In this document: positions 33,001 through 42,000 of the stretch, one piece after another
How positions within the stretch are numbered: position 1 is the stretch's first letter
Layout of the letters: the number at the start of each line of letters is the position of its first letter
DNA from: Chiloscyllium plagiosum
Taxonomy: Eukaryota
Direction of reading: 5' to 3'
NCBI RefSeq assembly: GCF_004010195.1
Contig: NC_057756.1
Span: 10,177,289 to 10,224,356, forward strand
Length of the DNA stretch: 47,068 nt
Translations under genes and position numbers: made by a program
The notes under the pieces: generated by a model
What the model saw: only the letters and a program-made list of their open reading frames with translations
The model's database searches: none
Told to the model about the DNA's origin: nothing

Positions 33001-36000
33001 TCTAGAATGCACTGCCTGGGAGCGTAGTTGAGGTGGGAAACCTCACAACCTTTTTAAGTGTATGGATGAGCACTTAGCCTTGAAATGTTATTGACATTCC
33101 TATGGGTCAAGCGCTGATTAAATGGGATTAATGGGTAGATAGGTTGGTGCAGACTCGTTGGGGGGAGGGGGAAGAGAGGAGGAAGGGCCTTTTCTGAGCT
33201 GTAAGGCCTTCCAACATATGACCAAGTGTTCACCCAAGTGTCTTCCCTGCTCTTACTTGCACACCCTCTTTCTCCTGTTTTAAGCTTTCTTTATAAATAA
33301 CTGCTGACTCTATATGCTCATTAGTCATGGCATCGCCTTGTGGATTTGTATTAATTCAGTTCTGAGACTACTATGCTGGTCCTGGTGAGAGTCTTGTATA
33401 GGTTGACATTCTGCTTATAGGTAAAAACAATGACTGCAGATGCTGGAAACCAGAGTCTAGATTAGAGTGGTGCTGGAAAAGCACAGCAGTTCAGGCAGCA
33501 TTCGAGGAGCAGTAAAATCGACATTTTGGGCAAAAGCCCTTCATCAGGAATACTAAATGGTAATACTAATCTAGATTCTGCTTATAGTCTTGTTCCATCT
33601 CTTTCTGACTGTGCTCTATACCTCCCCCTCTCTCCACAGGAATGGGAAACCCCTTCCTTCCTCCATCCAGGTGGATGGACACCAGCTCACTGTACGGGAT
33701 GTGAGTTACATTGTCAATGGCACCTTCACCTGCGAGGTCACCAACAGCCTGGGCACAGGTCGGGCGAAGATGGACGTTGTGGTTCGTGGTGAGTTCTGTT
33801 TCTCTGTTCCTCCAATTTGAGATCTGACCCTGAGTGTACATGCTCACCCTGGGAGACAGCTAGGCTATTTAGGAAGTCAGTGAAAGAGTGGGCAGGGGAG
33901 CCCAGTTTGTTTACTGAGCCCAATGGACCTAGTTTCTAGGCAATTTATAATACCCGCTGCTTTGATTTGGTTAAAGTCAAACTCCTTCATTTTGGGAATG
34001 GCAATACCAAAAATGCTGCTTTTTCTGAACCTGTTTATTTGTCAGCTGTATAATTTTTGCAAATAATGGAAAGACCTTACTTTTGTTTAGCAAAAGCTAT
34101 GAACAAAGCTTGAACATTTGAGCTACTCCATCTCCACTTGACCATTTTTTTACTTTGAGTATCGTAAGCTTGATGGGTGTCCTATGTGGCACTGTTGCAG
34201 GGATGGAAGGACATTTTGGATGCATGCATTTGATTACTGAAGGTGACAGGTGATGTTTAAGAGAGTGGTTGGAGAGGCATACAACATTCAAGGTATTGAC
34301 TGCAAATATTTTGCTGAACCACTACAAAATTCTGGTTAGGCCACACCTAGAATATTGATCCAGTTTTAAGAATGTTATGAAGGTACAAGCGAGATGCACA
34401 GAAATGGTCCTGCGATGGACGAATTTTTAAAAAGTGTGTTTTGAAGAAGTGGAGGTTGTTCCTGTTGGCACAAAGAGGAGATTTGAAATAGGATGATGAC
34501 CGATTGAAGATCGAATACTGAGAAGCTGCTTCCATCAGCTGCTAGCACAATTCTGTATGTACTGAACAGCAGTACTAAGTTACACTTCCAACCCGTATCT
34601 GATTATCAGTCGGGTTCATCATGTGGATTGCTGTGCTCTTACTAATGAACCACAATGTACAGGAGGCGGCGGGGTGGGGTCTGGGTCCCTGATCTTATGA
34701 ATGTTGTGACTTAAGAATGCAATCTGATGCAGGGGTATAACTTTAAATTTCTAAGTACATTTCCTGTATCATTCTGCATCTCCTTCCTTGTATACAAGTC
34801 ACCTTGCAAATGCACTCAATAACGGAACCCCATTCATGACCCAGGGGCTGCTTGTATTCATATTACCTGGTTCCCATACATTTATCTGTCCTCTGCAGTC
34901 AAAAGGTATACATCCAGGTATTTGTACTTTTATTTTGAGTTAGGCAAAAGTCTGGGCTGCAGTCATTTCCTGGTATATTCTCCCTGGCAAAACACCTTTT
35001 GACCAATCGACTTTTCTTTTGTTCTGTCGTAGTATAAATTCTTCCTTGTGAAATGTGGTAATCTTGTATTTGTCCTGATTAGCTTTGACAACTTGATTTC
35101 CTGTTTTATATTGTCTTAATGATCGTATTCCATACTGCCGTGTGGCTAATTCTGCTTCCTTTCCGTCTCTGGTTCTGCACATTTATCTTTAAATCAGTGT
35201 CCCTCTGTAACTTCTATTTCTCCATTTTCTTTAACCTGTCAAAATTTCTCAAGACTTTGACAGATTCTGTTGAATCTCACCCATAACCTCGACCTAGGGG
35301 CTCAGGCACAAAATTCTTTGGAATTTGCGTCATGGGTAGATAAGTGTTTAGCACACTTGCCTTCATTGCTCAAATCTTAGAGTGTAGAGGCTGGGATGTT
35401 GTGTAAATTTGTATAGGACGTTGGTGGAGCCATTTCTGGGTACTGTTTCTAGTTCTGTTCATCCATAGTTACACGAACAATATCATTAAACTGGAGAGAG
35501 AGTTCAGAACAAAGTTACCAGGATGTTGTCAGGAATGGAGGATTTGAGATACAAAAATAGACTGGGACTTTTTTTCATGGGAGGTTGAGGGGTGACCTTA
35601 CAGAGGTTTATAAAATCATGAGGGTCATAGACATTGTGACTAGCGAGGATCTTTTCCATAAGATGGGAGAGTTTAAAACTAAGGGGCGTATTTTTAAGGT
35701 GAGAGGAGAAAAATTTAAAAAGAGGTTGGTTTGTGCATGTAATGAACTGACAGAGGAAGCGATGGTTGCAGGTATGAGGTTACAATGTTTAAAAGACCTT
35801 TCGATAAGTACATGAACAGGAAAGTTTTAAAGGAATATTGGCCAGGTGGGAGTAGTTTAGTGGGAACATGGTCAGGTTAGTCTGAACGGTCTGTTTCCAT
35901 GCTGTATGGCTCTGTTCCAAAGATAGCTATCCATGTGTACTGAACTCCCTCATCCTTGCACCTATCTATTCTGCCCCAATTCCCAATTGCTTGACGTTCC

Positions 36001-39000
36001 TTCTTTTGAAGTGTGTGGTTTCCAAGTTGGGACCCAGTCCTCTGGCTGGACCCCAGTTGATACCTGTTGTCATTGTAAGCTGCGTCTTGGAGAGAGCAGA
36101 GCAGACTGGGGACTAAAGTCAGGAAGTTCCATTTTATCCCCACTTGACCAGGGAATGGGGATAAAATGGTGCATTTGTACCTCAATCTCCTGGATGGCAG
36201 CACACTCCGGTGAGCACGGGGGTTGATGAGGATGATGAGCCGAAGTGCTGCCTTCATCTGAAACTATTTTCGAGGGAAGGTTTTGACCAGCAGGGAGCAA
36301 GGCTGGTCCAACAACAAACATTCTACTTTAGAGAACCCGGGAGGAACCAATCCCACAAGTGTAACTATATAAATGTCTCCTGACAGTAGCAGGCTTATTT
36401 TTCACACTGTGTGGAGTGCAGTTGGGTAATGTAGATTTTTGTTTGTGTGTGTGTGTGTAAAATAAAGAAAAATCACTGACCAACACAGTGGGATAATTCT
36501 GTCCCACCAATCTGTCAGTCAGATCTGTCCTTCTATATTTTTTTGCCTTGGCATCGCTGACAAGGCAGCATTTATTGTCCATCCCTTATTGCCCCAGTAG
36601 GCAGTTAAGAACCAACCACATTGCTGTGGGTTTGGAGTCACATGCAAGCCAGACCAGACAAGGATGGCTGTTTCCTTCCCTAAAGGACATTAGTGAACCA
36701 GAATGGGATTTACCGACGATGGATTCATGGGCCAATTGTTAGACTCCTCATTTCAGATATTTTTATTGAATTCAAATTCCACCATCGGTCGTGATGGGAT
36801 TTGAAGCCAGGTAATGTGTGGGGATTTGGGTTGACAGTCCAGCGATCATACCACTAGGCCATTTCCTCCCCAAAGAGGAGAGATCTCTTGCTGGTCAATG
36901 CGTAAACCTCTCGGGTGTCTACAAGTCACTGATTTCTTTAAAGAAAAAGGCATGCAGCTGTAGATGATGTCTTTCTCGAGTGCTTCAGGGCCATGCAAGT
37001 CCTTTTCTGTTTTTTGAAGGAAAGGTTCTGTTGTGACACAGGCAACACAGCTGTCAAACTGTGTATAGCAGGATCCGACAAGCAGCACTAAGATGGTCAC
37101 CTGGTGTCATTTTGCTTTCAATGATGTTTGCTTCATCAATACACCATACAAATATGGATGAACAACATTGGTAATGGCAAGGGTATGCATATGACAGTTT
37201 TGACTGGTCTTCAAAGTATCTGAAGTGGTAATATGCCAGGGGAGTGGGCCTGTTGATGGGAATGTGTCCATGCAAGCATTGGTTGAGAATTCTGAACTCC
37301 CAGTCTCCCTTACAATGTTGTTTGGAGTCCAATTGCATTTTTAGAATCTCTGCAATGTGGCAACAGGCCATTTGGCCCAATGAGTCCACATGGAGCCTCA
37401 GAATAGCATCCCACCATCTTCCCCAACTCTGCATTTCTCAAGGCTAGCCGACCAAGCCTGCATATCCACAGACCTTTCAGGGCATTTAGCATGGCCAATC
37501 CACCCTAATGTGCACAGTTTTGAGAGGAGCCCGTAGCACCTAGAGGAAACCCATGCAGACACTGGGAGAACGTGCACACTCCACACACAATCACCCGAGG
37601 CTGGAATCGAACCCGGGTCCCTGGGGCTGAGAGGCTTGGCAATTTATTACATATGAATACCATCTGTAAATAAACTGAACTAGCAAAAGAATATCATTTG
37701 CTTTTGTTCACTGCTGGGGAAAACAGGTTTTGTTATTGTCAAAAATATGTTGTATAACTTTTTTATAGTCATTTTGACCTCCCCGATCATGTTGCTGCAT
37801 TGGAAGAAAAGGTGTCAAAATGTTGAAACTTCTATTGTTGTGAGTCATTTCAGTTTCGCCCATTCTCTTTATTCTCTCCATTGTTTAATCCCGATGTTTG
37901 AAGGGTTGTTCCTCCCAACCCCTCCACAGCCACTGCTATCTACTTGGGGCTCTTCCTGCATTAAATAAGACCAAGGCTGGTCCGAGACAAACTCAACAGA
38001 AAATGGAGTGGCCTGTTCAGTCTGTCCAGTCATTTGAGACCAAACTTGGCTAAACTATGTAGCTTGAAACTGTTTTGATCATCTCTGCACCATAACGACA
38101 GATTTGTATTTTAGTCCAAATCATCGGTGAAATCTTCCAATACAGCAGTCTTTCGCGCATTGAGGCTCTCAAAAGAATAATGGAATTAATGAGCGTTTTT
38201 AGGGGGAGTGATAATATTTGATTATTCCATGCGAGAGTTATTGGGTGAATTGTACCCTTTCACATTCCGAGCATTATAGAGTGTGTGCCATCTTGTCTGT
38301 GGTGATTAGCCAGGCTTGTGCTCTTGGTGATTGGGTGAGGGTGGTTAAATAGAGAACCTCCTGACGACAGTATTATCAATTCTTTGTGGGTGAAGAAAGC
38401 CTTGCATTTGTATGGAGCCTTGCATGACTGCTGGCTGTCATTACTTCACAGCCAATGGACTGTACGTTTGCAGGAAATGTGGCAGCCTGTTCAGTGTACA
38501 ACAAGATCCCTCGTTGCTGTTGATGATCTGGATGATCTATGATTTGGTGTTTGGTTGTAGGGGAGAATGATTGGCCGAGGCTTCAGGATGAACTCCGGCC
38601 TAGTGGCTGAATCACACCAGCCCGTGCAGGCTGACGAGGCCTCCATTTGGAGTGGGGTTTCCCAAATTGGCAGGGGGGCCAGGCACCTCATGGGACCACA
38701 AGCTCTAAGTGATAATGGCCGTGCTGACAACAGCCCAACTCCCTCACCATTCCCACCCGGAGGGCTGGTGGCAAAATTTCATCATCCAAAACAGGCTTGC
38801 GGTGTTTGGGATGAGAAATTGAACCAGCTCTGATCTTGACATCAATGTAGCACTGTCTTCCATACTGTCCTGGAAGATGACAGCCTTTGGGTCTGTTCTT
38901 CTATGCTCCAGGCTAGCTAGCCCTGGAGTGGGGTTTGAAAGTGGAACTGGTTTGACTCACCATCTCCTCTTTGTACATGCCAGTACTATCAATGTCCCAG

Positions 39001-42000
39001 AATGACTAGAGTCTGCTTTGGCTGAAGGATAATATTAATCAACAGCAAGCCCCCAGTACAGTCTCTTTTGTATCCTTCAGCTGAAAGGACTTTGCTCCTA
39101 TAAAATTAGTATAATCCTAACTCTAACTCTATAAAGCTGGGGCTCCTCTTTGTTCACCTACGATCCACTTTGATTTGGACAAGAGTCCCTTTTGTTTTCA
39201 GCTCTTGCCCTCTCACTGTAACTGAGTTCAAAGAGAGAATGGAAAGCAAATCATTAAGAATAACACAATTGGCCCATATGTCAGAACAAAGTCTTGTTTG
39301 CGATTCCTGATAAATGATTTTTCTTCACTGGAAAGGTGGTGTTAAACTTGAAAGGGTTCAGAAAAGATTTTAAGGATGTTGCCAGGGTTGGAGGGTTTGA
39401 GCTGTAGGGAGAGGCTGAGTAGGCTGGGGCTGTTTTCCCTGGAGCATTGGAGACTGAGTGGTTACCTTATAGAGGTTTATAAAATCATGAGGGGCATGGA
39501 TAGGGTAAATAGACAAAGACCCTTTTCCCAGGATAGGAGAGTCCCAACACTTGGGGACATATGTTTAAGGTGAGAGGGGAAAGCCTTGAAAGGGGTGTGT
39601 GTGTGTGTGTGTTTTGAGCTGTCAGAGGAAGTGGTGGAGGCTGGTACAATTACACATTGCAAAGACATGTGGATTGGTATATGAATACAAAGTGTTTGGA
39701 GGGATATGGGCCAAATGCAGGCAAATGGGACTAGATGAATTGTGGATATCCAGTTGGAATGGATGAGTTGAACTGAAGGGTCTGTTTCCATGCTGTACAA
39801 CTCTGTTTGGGATTGGAAGAGAGTAATGGCACTAACCTCCCTTTTGACCTCGAGTATCCTGTATTGGGGTGGGTCTTGCTGAAGGGCAAGTATTGCACTG
39901 GTAGCCTTGTAACTTGCTCCATTCTCGGGGCCTATTCTCCTGTGTCCATTCCTAGATCTTTTCAAATCAGCCTATTCGGAGATGCTAGGGCACATCTCTG
40001 GGGTTTGACTCTTATCTCCTACACTTTTTGAAATGGAGGCTTTTCTTGTAACAGTTTTGTGGACCTGTGTAGATGTTTCCACCACTGGAAGGATTAAGGG
40101 GATTAGATTGGTGTAGGCTCTACATTGTTAACCAAAGCATATCCTTTCCGGTTATGTATGTTGTAAGGTGGGGAATGCAGTCAGTAATTTGGCCCCAAAA
40201 TGATCTCCCGCTGATCAGGCACGTGATCTGTTTTTTATGATGTTGGTAAAGGATAAGTTGTTCAAAGAGGTAGCTTCTTCATGAGCATCTTGAGGAATGG
40301 AGAGAGGGAGGTGTAGAGGTTCAGGAAAGAGATTCCAGAGGGAGTTTTGGGGACCTGAAGTTCTGGGTATCAATGGTGGAGAGATGGGGAGTGGGGCACG
40401 AGGCTGGAGTTGGAGGGACACTGGTTTCTCAGTCGGTGTCTGAGGTGGAGGAAATTGTAGAAATGAGCAGAGGCTGTGGCTGGAGTGGGGGTTGGAGGGG
40501 AAACAGCGTGGGAATGTTAACACAGTGGTGTTGCGGAATTGACGCTCAACCTGTGGAATGGTGGAGACAGGTTTGAAGGGCTGAACAGCCTATTCCTGTT
40601 CCTGGATTCAAAAGACCAGCTGAGAATGAGAAGAGAAACTGGATTGGGCAGCCCACCGCGTGATGATGTGCGGCAAGGTACGTGACTGGTGGTTGTCAAG
40701 ATCCCCACTGAGCTGAGCGACCAGATTCCTTGGCATGTCGGTGGAGGCCCAAATAGCTGGTGCTGGAAGCGGGGAGAACCACCCAGTGGCTGCGGGATCT
40801 TTCTATTCCCGAACGGAGCATTACTCTTTAAAAGGAAATCGTCTCTGTGGACATGGGTCTGTGTGATGTTGCCCCATCAGGAATGCTTATTGTGTGGAGA
40901 CTGTGAGGGTGCATTGGACTTATTCAACTCCACCCTTCCCACGGTCTGCTGCGCCAACAGTGATATGATCCATCATTTTGGCTAAACGTATGCAAAATGT
41001 GTTTGTTGATATCTCCCTTCATAATGACATGCCTATTGCAGGTGCTAACATTTCCAGTATACATGCTCTATTACCTATATATGAAAGTGGGTCTGACAGG
41101 GTAGATGACCAATCCCAACAACTTGGCCCTAACTTCTCCAGTTCTTGGCACCACATTTTTTTTTTAGGAAGGATATCAGAGAAAGTGTAAAACAAAAAAG
41201 AAATTCACAAAACTGGCTCCAGGGTTGAGGAGTTTCAGTGATGCGGATAAATTGGAGAGATTGAAGCTGGTCTTTCTGGGAGATGTGGTGGTTTGAGAAA
41301 GGCCCTTTTTGATGGGGAGTAACCATTCCTATTGATGAAACAATCGAGAACCAAAGGACACCAAGCTAATGAGATGGTGAAAAGTGAATAATACTGAAAG
41401 ATGTCTTTTTTCAAAACAGTGTGTGATTTGGGTCTGAAACACACTCTGGAAAGAAAGGCGGGTTCAGTTTACCCATTCGAGAGGAAATCTGATTATTATC
41501 TGAAAAGGAAGATTAAAGTGGGGGAGGTGACATGAGGTGAATTGCTTCTTTTGTTTTGGAGAACCAGCACAGGCACAAGGGACCGAATAGCCTCAATCCA
41601 TGCCATTACCACTTCTGGGACCTTCTTCTGTAGTGAAGGACAATTTGAATCTGCAAACGACTCATGAGGGGCGTCAATCTAAACGCAATCTGTTTCTTCT
41701 TCTGAAACTCGTCATGAGGAGGCGTTGGCAAGAGATGGGTGGCAGCACGGAGGCCATCCAATCGACTGAAAAGGATGGAACAGGCTGCTGGTGCTCCAAT
41801 TATGCAAGGAGTCTGGGAGCGGGTTGAGTCAACTAGCCAATAGAAGGCTGGTGTGGGGCGGGTGGTGTGATCATGTAGTGAAGGTTCCTCTGGGATCCAG
41901 CCTGTCACAATTGGTAACTTGAGTGGGAGAAGGGAATAGTTTGTGACAAGTGGTCAGCAACTAAAGAGACAAAGGGAAATTTATAGAAACGAGTACCTAT

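Noticed and set aside
33789..33820. Secreted isoform by read-through of the exon 5 donor (GEFCFSVPPI then stop)
   Set aside because: The donor is strong and I saw no nearby canonical poly(A) signal; nothing supports it beyond the possibility.
36220..36300. C/D-box snoRNA or hammerhead near ATGATGA...CTGA
   Set aside because: The boxes are too close together, and there is no terminal stem and no helix II-GAAA arrangement.
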